Below are positions 19,029 to 28,759 of a stretch of DNA of 64,000 bases, in pieces. How positions within the stretch are numbered: the first letter of the stretch is position 1; every line of letters begins with the position of its first letter. The notes beneath the pieces are model-generated. The model made no database searches. It was not told the origin of the DNA and was given only the letters and a program-made list of their open reading frames with translations. Location: the NCBI GenBank assembly GCA_944321715.1, contig CALUMJ010000003.1:22567-86566 (forward strand), written 5' to 3'. This stretch comes from an uncultured Muribaculaceae bacterium. GTDB taxonomy: Bacteria; Bacteroidota; Bacteroidia; Bacteroidales; Muribaculaceae. The translations under genes and the position numbers were made by a program.

Positions 19029-20063
19029 TTACATCAGCAGTATGCCATGCTGGGCGCAAGTGGCGATTTGCTCTTCGGGCCAGATGCTGGCCTGCACTTC
19101 GCCTATGTGTGCTTTTTGCAGCAGGAACATGCACAGGCGGCTTTGTCCTATGCCGCCGCCGATTGACTCGGGAAGCTCGCCTTGCAGCAGCGAGCGATGG
19201 AATGGCAGTTGCTGGCGTTCGGTGCAGTGGCATATTTCGAGTTGGCGTGTCAGAGCCTCGGCGTTCACCCTCACGCCCATCGACGACAATTCAAAAGGCA
19301 CTTCGAGAATGTTGTCCCACAATATTATGTCGCCATTAAGCCCACAATAGCCGTCGCTGTTGGGTGTAGTCCAGTCGTCATAGTCGGGGGCACGTCCATC
19401 GTGCTTCTCGCCGTTGCTCAGTCTGCTCCCGATGCCTATTAGGAATACAGCTCCGTAACGCCTTGCAGCCTCGGCTTCGCGGTCTTTGGGCGACAGGGTG
19501 GGGTACATTTGCAGCAATTCTTCGGTGTGCAGGAATGTGATTGACTGCGGCAGCCGTGGGGTGATGTGGGGAAAGTGCTCGTAAATCATCCATTCGGTTT
19601 CCTTCACGGCAAAGTATATTTTCTCCACGGTCTGCTTCAAGTAGGCGAGAGTGCGGTCGTCGGCAGTGATGGTCTGCTCCCAATCCCACTGGTCAACGTA
19701 GAGCGAGTGCAAGTTGTCGAGGTCTTCCGAGGTGCGTATGGCATTCATGTCGGTGTAGATGCCATATCCCGGGGCAATGTCGTAAGCGCCAAGTTTCATG
19801 CGTTTCCACTTGGCGAGCGAGTGTACCACCTCGGCACGTTGCCCGGCCATGCAAGCAATGTTGAATGCTACTGGCGGCTCAACGCCGTTGAGGTCGTCGT
19901 TGATGCCCGTTCCTGCAAGCACGAATAGCGGTGCTGTCACACGGCGTAGGTTGAGGGCTCGTGCCAATTGCTTCTGGAACTTGTCTTTTATTAACTTTAT
20001 TGCCACCTCGGTGGTCTCGGGTAACAATTTTTGTTTATATTTTTTAGGAATAATAAGTGCCAT
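19029..20063 (-). CDS. asnA: aspartate--ammonia ligase
   Basis: 344 aa. The N-terminus (KLIKDKFQKQLARALNLRRVTAPLFV) and the class-II-synthetase-like core are typical of AsnA. Confidence 0.93.
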   Translation of the reverse strand: MALIIPKKYKQKLLPETTEVAIKLIKDKFQKQLARALNLRRVTAPLFVLAGTGINDDLNGVEPPVAFNIACMAGQRAEVVHSLAKWKRMKLGAYDIAPGYGIYTDMNAIRTSEDLDNLHSLYVDQWDWEQTITADDRTLAYLKQTVEKIYFAVKETEWMIYEHFPHITPRLPQSITFLHTEELLQMYPTLSPKDREAEAARRYGAVFLIGIGSRLSNGEKHDGRAPDYDDWTTPNSDGYCGLNGDIILWDNILEVPFELSSMGVRVNAEALTRQLEICHCTERQQLPFHRSLLQGELPESIGGGIGQSRLCMFLLQKAHIGEVQASIWPEEQIATCAQHGILLM

Positions 20064-20082
20064 TATTTAATCGATTTTCGTG

Positions 20083-20090
20083 CAAAGATA
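20083..20090 (-). promoter_or_regulatory. candidate -7 box (TATCTTTG) for asnA
   Basis: 20 nt upstream of ATG 20063. Confidence 0.45.
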
Positions 20091-20168
20091 TGCAAAATTT
20101 CATAGATACCAAACGAGTAGTGGCATAATGCTACGATTTTTACTGATTTATTTTCAAAATGTATTTGC

Positions 20169-21464
20169 TTATCGCGCCGATGCGGCTACGCTGAGCAGCT
20201 TGTGGCCTATGGCGCAATAAAGGCACTTGCGAGCCTCGCAATAGTTGCGGCGCAGTTGAATGAGAGCTTGCGACGTGAGTGCGTCGGGGCATTTGATGCC
20301 GGCGGCGGTGAATGTGGCCACGATGCTGTTGCGCTCGGGGCGCAGGCTTTCGAGCAGGCTTACTGCGCGGTCGGCGATGTCGTAGTCGCCGCATTTCGAG
20401 CCGTAGGCATAATAAAGCGGAGCCACGGTGTTGATGAGCAATATGTCGATTGACGCATTGCTTAGCACCTTGGCGGGCAGTTCGGCAGGTGCGCCGCCAA
20501 ATGTGAAGTGATTGGCCCAGTAGCCCGACATCTCCACCGACAGCAGCTTGCGCAATTCTTTCTCGTCGTGTGCTTCGAGCAGCGAATTCATCAGGTCGAA
20601 CCCATCCTCGACAAAGCGTGCCAGCAGAGCAATGCGCCGGTAAGGGAAATTTTGCGGCCTCACCCTGAACGATTTCCACATTGACCCTTCCATCGGGCGC
20701 AGTTGGAACTTGTTGGCGAGGAAAGCATATTCACGGGCCAAGCGCAAGTAGTATTCGTCGCTGCCCTGCATGGGCATGTTGAAAAAGCCGGCTTGCCCGA
20801 ACAGCAACGCTTCTAACTGGAAAATCGAGTCGCTGTGCTTGTGCATGAGCCTCAACGGAGTGCGCCGTGCAAGCATCTCGAATGCGTCGTTGTTGATTCC
20901 GAACCCGAGGCTGCGGGCGATGGTCACGTAGCAGATGTCTTGCCAGCTGCCGCAGAAGGTGTCGTAGAGCGACATTATGCGTTCCACTTTGTCGTTAAGG
21001 CGTTCAAAGGCGAGCGATTCCACCCATTGGGTGATTGTGAGCTGGGGTACTTCTTTTATCATCGTGGCGCAAGGCAGCGACGATGCGGCATTGTTGACAA
21101 GGTTGACATAGCTGTCGTAGAAATGTGGCGAACAGCGCATCACCATTTGCGGTATGCGTTCGCCGTTGCTGCGCGTCACTGGGGCGTCGTCTTTCTCTAC
21201 CACATGCAGTATGACCGAGTCGTAGGCTTTGTCGCTGTCGTGGCCGTGGCGGTGCCAGTCTGATGCGCGAGTGTGTATTTCCACATTCCCTACCCACAGC
21301 TCGCCGCCTATTTCCACTTTGGCATTGAAGAAGTCGGGTCCCGAGTCGCTGTTGGGTAGTCCGGGGTCGATAACCTTCACGCGGCGGCCGTCGTTGGTGG
21401 CCATCTGCGAGTTGTCCCACAGCTTATGCTGCCACACATATTGCATGAGTTTTTCCATGTGCAT
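20169..21464 (-). CDS. DUF2851-family protein
   Basis: 431 aa. The N-terminus LMQYVWQHKLW and HxxASDWxxHGH are typical of DUF2851. Family call from memory. Confidence 0.75.
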   Translation of the reverse strand: MHMEKLMQYVWQHKLWDNSQMATNDGRRVKVIDPGLPNSDSGPDFFNAKVEIGGELWVGNVEIHTRASDWHRHGHDSDKAYDSVILHVVEKDDAPVTRSNGERIPQMVMRCSPHFYDSYVNLVNNAASSLPCATMIKEVPQLTITQWVESLAFERLNDKVERIMSLYDTFCGSWQDICYVTIARSLGFGINNDAFEMLARRTPLRLMHKHSDSIFQLEALLFGQAGFFNMPMQGSDEYYLRLAREYAFLANKFQLRPMEGSMWKSFRVRPQNFPYRRIALLARFVEDGFDLMNSLLEAHDEKELRKLLSVEMSGYWANHFTFGGAPAELPAKVLSNASIDILLINTVAPLYYAYGSKCGDYDIADRAVSLLESLRPERNSIVATFTAAGIKCPDALTSQALIQLRRNYCEARKCLYCAIGHKLLSVAASAR

Positions 21465-21533
21465 TCAGGCCTTGGTTTAAAGCGGCAAGTTAGTGAAAAA
21501 TTCACATTTTTTGAAATTTGGGATATGTAAATT

Positions 21534-21559
21534 TTACAATCTTTGTTACAAGATTGTAA
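21534..21559. repeat. perfect 10-bp inverted repeat with a 6-nt spacer (TTACAATCTT-N6-AAGATTGTAA)
   Basis: Seen directly in the DUF2851/TBDR divergent intergenic region. Confidence 0.8.
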
Positions 21560-21751
21560 CGGCATATCTTTCAGTGAGATACCACGTATAAAGTGTTTTG
21601 TGGGTTAAACTAAGAGCATTCAAACCATTAAAGGCGGCTGAGGGTCTGTCGGTATTGTTAATAGTAGCATTTATTAACATAAAGTGGTTAAATATGCTTG
21701 CGTGGCTTAATTAAAGCCAACAAAACTAAGCGTTGTTTAACTTTTGTGTGG

Positions 21752-21759
21752 TAAATTTG
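21752..21759 (+). promoter_or_regulatory. candidate -7 box (TAAATTTG) for the TBDR-lipoprotein pair
   Basis: 33 nt upstream of ATG 21792. Confidence 0.45.
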
Positions 21760-21791
21760 TAACGGTTTAATAAACTTATCAAACAACGCTT

Positions 21792-24500
21792 ATGAATATC
21801 AATCTAAAGCATTTAGTAATTACATTAGTGCTGGCTTTGGGCGGTATTGCCTCGATGCTTGCACAGTCAACGGTGAGCGGGAGGCTCATTGACGAACAGA
21901 CCAACGAGCCGCTTATCGGCGCAACGGTGCAAGTGGCTGGCGACCCGGCACAGGGTACTGCTACCGACTATGATGGTATGTTCACTCTGAAAGTGAAACA
22001 ACGTGGCGCAACGCTTGAGTTCAAGTATGTAGGCTATGAAAGCCGCAGCGTGAAATTGCCCGGTGAGGCCAATGTGGACTTGGGCAGCATTGCCTTGAAA
22101 ACCGACTCTAAAGTGCTTGGTGATGTGATTGTTACTTCGCAGATTGCAATCCAGCGCCGCACGCCAGTGGCTGTGTCGAATGTGTCGTTTGAGCAAATCG
22201 ACGAGAAACTTGGCACGCAAGAGTTCCCCGAAATCCTCAAGACCACGCCTGGCGTACATGCGCAGAAAGATGGCGGTGGATTTGGCGACTCGGAAATCTA
22301 TATGCGTGGTTTTGCCAATGAGAATATCGGTGTAATGGTGAACGGTGTGCCTATGAACGACATGGAATGGGGCGGCGTTTACTGGAGCAACTGGTCGGGG
22401 CTTACCGACGTCACCACCGTAATGCAGACGCAGCGCGGTATGGGCGCATCGAAAGTGTCGATTCCTTCGGTGGGTGGTACAATCAATATCGTTACTGCCG
22501 GTATCGAGTCGAAACGTGGTGGTACGGCATATTACCAATTGGGTAACGACGGTTATAACAAAATCCTCTTCAAGGCTTCGACAGGCATGATGCCTCACGA
22601 CTGGTCGGTAACGCTGCTCGGCTCGCGCACTTGGGGCGATGGCTATGTGCAAGGTACCGACTTTGAGGGTTACACTTGGTTTGTGAACGTTGCAAAACGC
22701 CTTGGCGATAACCATCAATTGTCGTTCACGGCATTTGGCGCACCGCAATGGCACTACCAGCGCGACGGAGCACTCAAGATTTCAGACTGGGAAATGATTG
22801 AAAAGACTTGGGGCGTGAAGAACTACAAATATAACTCGACATACGGTTTCGACAACAACGGTGAACGCCGCTCGTCGGAATACAACTACTACCACAAACC
22901 GCAATTGAGCCTTAACCACCAGTGGCAAATCAACGAGAAATCGTCGCTCAGCACGGTGTTCTACGTTTCGCTCGGTCGTGGCGGCGGTTATTCGGGTCAA
23001 GGTAACGAATACTTCGGCTACAGCTACCAAGACTGGTATGGTGCCAACTATGGTACGTTGCAGACTAAATACCGCAAGTCGGACGGTACGTTTGACTATG
23101 GTGCAATCCAAGACATTAACGAGGCAAGCGAGAACGGTTCGATGCTCGTGATGAGTAACTCCAAGAACTACCACAACTGGTATGGCTTGCTTTCGACCTA
23201 CACCACACGTTTCGGCAACTATTTCGATTTCTACGGCGGTATCGACTTCCGTTATTATAAAGGTACGCACACCAATGAGATTGTTGACCTCTATGGTGGC
23301 GATTATTTCGTTGACTCGTCGCGTGGCGACGCATACGTTGAAAACAACATCAACCGCGGCAACGATGCGTGGGTTTATGAGAAACTTGGCGTGGGTGACG
23401 TGGTTTACCGCGACTATGACGGCCACGTGATGCAGTATGGCGCATTCTTCCAGACCGAGTATAATCGTGACCGCTGGTCGGCATTCGTGGCTGGTTCGTT
23501 GTCAAACACTGCCAACTGGCGTTACGACCGCTTCTACTACGACGAGGAACATGCCAAGAGCGACACCAAGAGCTTCATGGGCTTCACCGCAAAGGGTGGT
23601 GCAAACTTCAACATCGACAAGCACAACAACGTGTTTGCCAACATCGGCTACATCAGCCGCGCACCTAAGTTCTCGGGCGGCGTGTTCTTGTCGTCGGCTT
23701 ACAGCAATGTCATCAACCGCGATGCAAAGAACGAAAAAGTGTTCTCGGTAGAAGCCGGCTATGGCTTCCGTAACAGCTGGCTGTCGGCCAATGTCAATGC
23801 CTACTATACTCGCTGGCTCGACAAGACGATGACCAAGCGTGGAACAATGGACAATCAGGAGGAATATTTCATCAACATGACTGGCGTGAATGCTCGCAAC
23901 ATGGGTATTGAGCTCGACCTGAAAATCCGTCCTACCAACTGGCTCGAAATTTGGGGTATGGCTTCAATAGGCGACTGGACGTGGACCGACAATGCTACTG
24001 GATATGCCTTCAACCAGAATGGTGTGCCACTCACCGCTGCTGGTGAAGAAACTACAATGGGTGCCCCCGACCATGCAAAAGCTTCGATTTTGCTTGATGG
24101 CATACACGAAGGCGGTTCGGCACAAATCACGCTGGGTGCTGGTGCTACGTTCAAGATTACCAAGGCTATCCGTGTAGGGTTTGACTGGACTTATTATGGC
24201 AACAACTATGCTTACTATTCGTTGAGCGGTAGTGCCTTGAAGCTCGATGACGAGGTGAAAGTGTATGACCCGTGGAAAATACCGGCAGCAAGCACCGTTG
24301 ACCTCAACGCCAGCTACCGCTTCAAAGTGGGTGGTCTTGATGCAACCTTGTCGGGCAACGTCAACAACCTGTTCAACTACCAGTATATCTCGAAGGCCTA
24401 CAACCCCAACAACTCGACTGTTGAGGCAACAGCCGACAATATCTATTGCTACTATGCTTTCGGTCGCACCTACAGCATGAAATTGAGAATTAATTTCTAA
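21792..24500 (+). CDS. TonB-dependent outer membrane receptor (CarbopepD_reg plus plug plus barrel)
   Basis: 902 aa with a signal peptide, a carboxypeptidase-regulatory-like domain (VSGRLIDEQTNEPLIGATV), a plug, and a C-terminal beta-signal ending in RINF. Confidence 0.9.
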   Translation: MNINLKHLVITLVLALGGIASMLAQSTVSGRLIDEQTNEPLIGATVQVAGDPAQGTATDYDGMFTLKVKQRGATLEFKYVGYESRSVKLPGEANVDLGSIALKTDSKVLGDVIVTSQIAIQRRTPVAVSNVSFEQIDEKLGTQEFPEILKTTPGVHAQKDGGGFGDSEIYMRGFANENIGVMVNGVPMNDMEWGGVYWSNWSGLTDVTTVMQTQRGMGASKVSIPSVGGTINIVTAGIESKRGGTAYYQLGNDGYNKILFKASTGMMPHDWSVTLLGSRTWGDGYVQGTDFEGYTWFVNVAKRLGDNHQLSFTAFGAPQWHYQRDGALKISDWEMIEKTWGVKNYKYNSTYGFDNNGERRSSEYNYYHKPQLSLNHQWQINEKSSLSTVFYVSLGRGGGYSGQGNEYFGYSYQDWYGANYGTLQTKYRKSDGTFDYGAIQDINEASENGSMLVMSNSKNYHNWYGLLSTYTTRFGNYFDFYGGIDFRYYKGTHTNEIVDLYGGDYFVDSSRGDAYVENNINRGNDAWVYEKLGVGDVVYRDYDGHVMQYGAFFQTEYNRDRWSAFVAGSLSNTANWRYDRFYYDEEHAKSDTKSFMGFTAKGGANFNIDKHNNVFANIGYISRAPKFSGGVFLSSAYSNVINRDAKNEKVFSVEAGYGFRNSWLSANVNAYYTRWLDKTMTKRGTMDNQEEYFINMTGVNARNMGIELDLKIRPTNWLEIWGMASIGDWTWTDNATGYAFNQNGVPLTAAGEETTMGAPDHAKASILLDGIHEGGSAQITLGAGATFKITKAIRVGFDWTYYGNNYAYYSLSGSALKLDDEVKVYDPWKIPAASTVDLNASYRFKVGGLDATLSGNVNNLFNYQYISKAYNPNNSTVEATADNIYCYYAFGRTYSMKLRINF

Positions 24501-24518
24501 CCAAGACATTAAAGAAAG

Positions 24519-27155
24519 ATGAAAAAAGACAAGATATTTTTAGCATCGGCAGTTGCGCTTGTGGCGTTGTCGGCAGCTTCGTGCGACGACTACAACGACC
24601 AGTTTAACATCGACGATACTCTCACCGATGTGCGTAATGCAACTATCACGCTTGCAGCTGGTGATTACAAATCAATCGCCGACAATGCGACTAACCAAGC
24701 TCTTGCCAAAAGTTTGGACGAGGCGGCTGGCGGTACAACCTACGCTGACGCACTTGCCGCAGTGGGCAGCAACAACTATTTCACCTCGCTTGCTGCTCCC
24801 GAGGATTATATACCGGCATTCCTCGCCACGTCGAACGACTATCGTCTGGCCGACGTGGGTTCGCGTTTCACAGTGAATGTGAACTTCTACAAAGACCCAT
24901 CGGGCTACTTGAGCGATTTCGACGGCGTGACAATCGGCCAGTATGACTTCACCGAAGCCGATTACGAGAGTGTGTGGGGCGATGCTGCCAAGGCAAGCTA
25001 CATCACTCCTGCCACTGTGTCGCAAATCCCCGGAATACTTGGCAATGCTATCAGCGACGCGCAAGATGGCGACATGGTGGTTGTAAACTATGCCTACTCG
25101 GAGAATGAACCGAGCATCGGTGGTGGCAGCGGCACCGAAGAGCCGAGCTACACGCCCATCTCGGATGTCATTGCCAACACTGGTGGCGGCGACTACACCG
25201 TGCAAGGCACTGTGGTTGCCACTTACGCCCGCGGTTTCCTTGTCAATGACGAAACTGGAAGCATATTAGTGTACCTTAATACTACTGCCAACTACTCGGT
25301 GGGCGACATCGTGACTGTCAGCGGCGTTACTTCGCAATATAGTGGCTTGATGCAATTCGGCTCTTCGCCCGAGGTTACGCTCGAAGGCCGTGCCGAAACA
25401 TTTAGCTACCCGACACCGACTACAGTTACAGGTGCCGACTTGGACGCTTACGTCAATAACCCCACGATTGAGTATGTCAGCTACACCGGAACTCTCTCCA
25501 TTAGCGGTTATCACTACAATGTGACTGTCGATGGAGCATCTACCGCAACTGGTAGCATTCAATATCCTGTTTCGGGCATTGTTGACAGCAGTTTGGACGG
25601 GCAGCAGGTAACAGTTACTGGCTACCTGATTGGTGTCAGCGGCAGCCGTTACACCAACACCATGGCAACATCTGTCACTCTTGCCGGCGAAGAACCTGCA
25701 TTCGTTCCTGTTGTCGAAGCTGCTTACGCTTCGGCGGGCACTCAATGTGCAGTGCGTGGCGTGGTGGCTGCCACTTACAGTCGTGGTTTCCTTGTTACCG
25801 ACGGAACGGGCTACATACTCGTTTACAAGAGCGGCACAGGCATAGTTGCCAATGACATTGTTACCGTCAGCGGAGCCATTTCGGCTTACGGCGGTTTCAA
25901 CCAGTTTGGCAGCGACGCCGAGGTTGCCAAGGTGGGCGATGGTGAATACACTTTGCCAGCCGCTCGTCCGCTTGACGCCGCCATGATGGAGGCCTACCTT
26001 GCTTCACCCTACATTGGCATGGTTACATACGAAGGTACGCTCACCATAAGCGGAAATTATTACAATATCGCCATTGATGGCACAAGTGTTGTGACTGGCA
26101 GCTTGTCTTATCCCGAGAATATCGACTCGTCACTCGATGGACAGCGTGTCGTTGTGACAGGTTACGCCATTGGCACATCGAGTGGCCGCTATTTCAACAC
26201 GATGGTGACATCGGTTGAGGCTGCAACGGCTGCCAACACCATGGCACTGCGCGCTGTGGGCAACATATCCACTTCGCAGGCCAATACATCGGCACTGTAT
26301 GTATATGACGGCTCGGCTTGGAGCGAATACACTACCGATGCCGCAACCGTGGCTGTGCTTTCGCCGGCTGTATATGCACAATATGGCTCCGATGAAATCA
26401 ACAGTAGCGACATTGATGCTGTAGCAGCTGCTTACTTGTCGCAAAACTTGCCATACGTTGTTGCCGACGGGTCGCTTGCTGCCGTGGTTTACAATGCTGG
26501 CGACATGGCTGTGAAGGAATACACGCTCTCGCAAGGTACCTGGATTCCGACACCCGAATATGAGGTGCTGCAATATATCTTCGAGCATAAGGAAGATGGC
26601 TGGAGTGCCGACATGAGTACATACATGAACGAAACATTTATCGGCTCGACAGGCGGCTTTGAAATCCAAGATGTGAACACAGGCGGCCTTAGCTACGTGT
26701 GGGCACTTGATGCACGTTATGGTTGGAAGGCATCGGCCTACGTCGGTGGCACTAACCATGCTACCGAAAGCTGGATTGTTTCGCCGATGATTAACCTGAC
26801 TCGCGCCACTGCTCCTAAGATGCGGTTTGACGAGGCTCACCGCTTCCTCAACGGGCAGCCGCTCGACGACTTCTTCTACATCTATGTATCGGCTGATTAT
26901 ACTGGCGACGTGACAACGACTAACTGGACTCGCGTGACGACAACCGGCTGGTCGGAAGGTGCCGACTGGACGTTCTACACCGTTGACCCGATTGACATGT
27001 CGCAATTCGTTGGCGAACGAATCCACGTGGCATTCTGCTACAAGAGTACCGACGAAGTGGCACCCACATGGGAAATTCAGAACCTGCTTATTGCCGAGGA
27101 TAGCGAGTTTGCTGACGATGGCGGTGAAACAGGCGATGACACTACAACTGAATAA
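24519..27155 (+). CDS. surface lipoprotein with two tandem OB-fold-like modules and a choice-of-anchor-J/MAM-like C-terminal domain
   Basis: Lipobox LSAASC followed by the acidic stretch DDYND. Internal duplication at about nt 25149-25700 versus 25704-26225. The gene starts 19 nt after the TBDR stop. Confidence 0.8.
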   Translation: MKKDKIFLASAVALVALSAASCDDYNDQFNIDDTLTDVRNATITLAAGDYKSIADNATNQALAKSLDEAAGGTTYADALAAVGSNNYFTSLAAPEDYIPAFLATSNDYRLADVGSRFTVNVNFYKDPSGYLSDFDGVTIGQYDFTEADYESVWGDAAKASYITPATVSQIPGILGNAISDAQDGDMVVVNYAYSENEPSIGGGSGTEEPSYTPISDVIANTGGGDYTVQGTVVATYARGFLVNDETGSILVYLNTTANYSVGDIVTVSGVTSQYSGLMQFGSSPEVTLEGRAETFSYPTPTTVTGADLDAYVNNPTIEYVSYTGTLSISGYHYNVTVDGASTATGSIQYPVSGIVDSSLDGQQVTVTGYLIGVSGSRYTNTMATSVTLAGEEPAFVPVVEAAYASAGTQCAVRGVVAATYSRGFLVTDGTGYILVYKSGTGIVANDIVTVSGAISAYGGFNQFGSDAEVAKVGDGEYTLPAARPLDAAMMEAYLASPYIGMVTYEGTLTISGNYYNIAIDGTSVVTGSLSYPENIDSSLDGQRVVVTGYAIGTSSGRYFNTMVTSVEAATAANTMALRAVGNISTSQANTSALYVYDGSAWSEYTTDAATVAVLSPAVYAQYGSDEINSSDIDAVAAAYLSQNLPYVVADGSLAAVVYNAGDMAVKEYTLSQGTWIPTPEYEVLQYIFEHKEDGWSADMSTYMNETFIGSTGGFEIQDVNTGGLSYVWALDARYGWKASAYVGGTNHATESWIVSPMINLTRATAPKMRFDEAHRFLNGQPLDDFFYIYVSADYTGDVTTTNWTRVTTTGWSEGADWTFYTVDPIDMSQFVGERIHVAFCYKSTDEVAPTWEIQNLLIAEDSEFADDGGETGDDTTTE

Positions 27156-27180
27156 ATCTTACTGAAATACACACATTTTT

Positions 27181-27215
27181 GAAGCCCCCTTGCATCAACT
27201 TGGCAAGGGGGCTTC
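27181..27215 (+). terminator. hairpin downstream of the lipoprotein gene
   Basis: GAAGCCCCCTT...AAGGGGGCTTC, an 11-bp stem 26 nt after the stop, followed by a weak T-rich tail. Confidence 0.5.
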
Positions 27216-27254
27216 TTGTATATGGTGAGTGCCGTGGCCGCAATTATTACTTGC

Positions 27255-27434
27255 AGAGGGTGTATCAAAATGCAAATTTGTGCAATTTTGTAGGGACGCA
27301 CGGCCCGTGCGTCCGCTGCGCAATTAGGCGCATATTCTATTAATTTACAGATGATTAATTGAGTCCTGCGGCAATCGGACGCACGGGCCGTGCGTCCCTA
27401 CGAGGTGGGTCATGCCAATTTTGATACACCCTCT
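27255..27434. repeat. nested inverted-repeat element (MITE/REP-like), ~180 bp
   Basis: The outer 16-bp arms AGAGGGTGTATCAAAA (27255-27270) and TTTTGATACACCCTCT (27419-27434) are exact complements. So are the inner 25-bp arms GTAGGGACGCACGGCCCGTGCGTCC (27290-27314) and its complement (27377-27401). Confidence 0.85.
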
Positions 27435-27506
27435 ACAACAAAGTAAATGTATTTACAATTATGATGCGCCCCATACACAACCGAATGTCGGTATTTGCTG
27501 ATTGTT

Positions 27507-27980
27507 TCAGGCTTTCAGGGGGAGGGTGGTGGTGTAGCCGCCATAGTTGGCGAAGTGGGTGGCGGCCCACAGGGTGCTTGAGGGGCATTCGTAGCGAACG
27601 AAATATTTCCGTCCTGACTTGGCATGTATGGCGAAATGGAGGGAGCAAGGCATGTCGTTATTGGCTGTGGCACGGTTGTCGGCTGTGATGCGCTCGGTAA
27701 GTGTAATACGGTCGCCAACGATGTCGGCCTTGATGTACACCGAGCAGTGTGCTGGTATCACCATGCCATGGCGTGTGACCTCGATACGGCCATCGTCAGC
27801 CGCTTTTAGCACTATGGTCGGTATCGAGTCTGCCTGGTCAGCGCAAGGCGTTACAGATGGGCTGTAGAGGTCGGTGGTGGCGTGTACGGTTTCGTTGTCT
27901 GCGCCGAAGAAGGCAAGTATGGTTATGGCGACGGCAAGTGCCGTGATGTAAAATTCTATTGAAGTGAATATGTCGCTCAT
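27507..27980 (-). CDS. hypothetical membrane-anchored protein
   Basis: Internal ATG at 27980 (MSDIFTSIEFY...), 6 nt downstream of the preceding gene's stop. The longer track ORF is an out-of-frame overlap artefact. Confidence 0.45.
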   Translation of the reverse strand: MSDIFTSIEFYITALAVAITILAFFGADNETVHATTDLYSPSVTPCADQADSIPTIVLKAADDGRIEVTRHGMVIPAHCSVYIKADIVGDRITLTERITADNRATANNDMPCSLHFAIHAKSGRKYFVRYECPSSTLWAATHFANYGGYTTTLPLKA

Positions 27981-27985
27981 TGCAG

Positions 27986-28717
27986 TTAGGGTAGGGTGGT
28001 GGTGTGGCGCAGAGCCATGTAATGCTTTCGCTCGTCGGCGGTAAACCGCTCGATGGCATATCGCAGCGCAGTGCGCGGCATGGTGGCAGCGTGGTGGTCG
28101 AGGAAGCCGCACAGCAGCTGCTTGTCGCGCTTGCCCACCTCGCGCAGCACCCACCCGGTGGCTTTTTGTAGCAGGTCGGTGGGAGAGTTGACAAGCTGCT
28201 CGGCGATGTCGATGGCAGTCGTGAACATATAGTTGCGTATCAGGGCGAGGGTCGAGGTGATGGCTATGCGTTGCTCCCACGTGTTGCTGCTCAGTGCCAG
28301 CCGGCGCGCGATTGAGTCGTCGTCGGTCAGTATCATGTATTCGCCTATGATGTATTGGGCCGACAGGTCAACGAGGTCCCAATTGTTGCAGCACGACAGG
28401 TTGGCAAGGTAGAAATTGGCGATTTCTTTGCATCGGGGTTGGTAGCTGCGGGCACGCCTATATGCCTCCACGAGTGCGAGCAGCCCGGCAAGCCTGAACT
28501 CGTGTATAGGGTCATGCAGCATGACGGCAATTTGTTCGAGTGGCAACGAATGGTAGTGCTTCGATATTGCGCGGTTATCGGGCACGGGAAGGCCTATGAA
28601 GATGTCGCCTTCGCCATATTCCCCTGGTCCGGTCTTGAAAAACGATGAAAGTATTTTCACCTTCTCGGGACGCGCCGCCGCCCGCAATTGCTCTTTCCAA
28701 GTGTCGATGTCGGTCAT
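27986..28717 (-). CDS. DNA alkylation repair protein (AlkD-like HEAT-type repeats)
   Basis: Similar to the DNA_alkylation family (KILSSFFKTGPGEYGEGDIFIGLPVP). ATG 28717 is preferred because a TAnnTTTG box overlaps the upstream ATG at 28762. Confidence 0.8.
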   Translation of the reverse strand: MTDIDTWKEQLRAAARPEKVKILSSFFKTGPGEYGEGDIFIGLPVPDNRAISKHYHSLPLEQIAVMLHDPIHEFRLAGLLALVEAYRRARSYQPRCKEIANFYLANLSCCNNWDLVDLSAQYIIGEYMILTDDDSIARRLALSSNTWEQRIAITSTLALIRNYMFTTAIDIAEQLVNSPTDLLQKATGWVLREVGKRDKQLLCGFLDHHAATMPRTALRYAIERFTADERKHYMALRHTTTLP

Positions 28718-28759
28718 TATCGTGGCTTGTTTTTGACAGTTGTTTATTGATGTTGCAAA

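Noticed and set aside
21493-21505. GTGAA-AAA-TTCAC palindrome as a CRP/FNR-type site.
   Set aside because: The arms are only 5 bp with non-canonical spacing. It is easily explained by chance in an AT-rich spacer.
21465-21791. Possible riboswitch (B12, TPP or similar) in the leader of the TonB-dependent receptor.
   Set aside because: I could not find any conserved riboswitch core motif (for example a B12 box). The candidate -7 box is only 33 nt from the ATG, which leaves no room for an aptamer.
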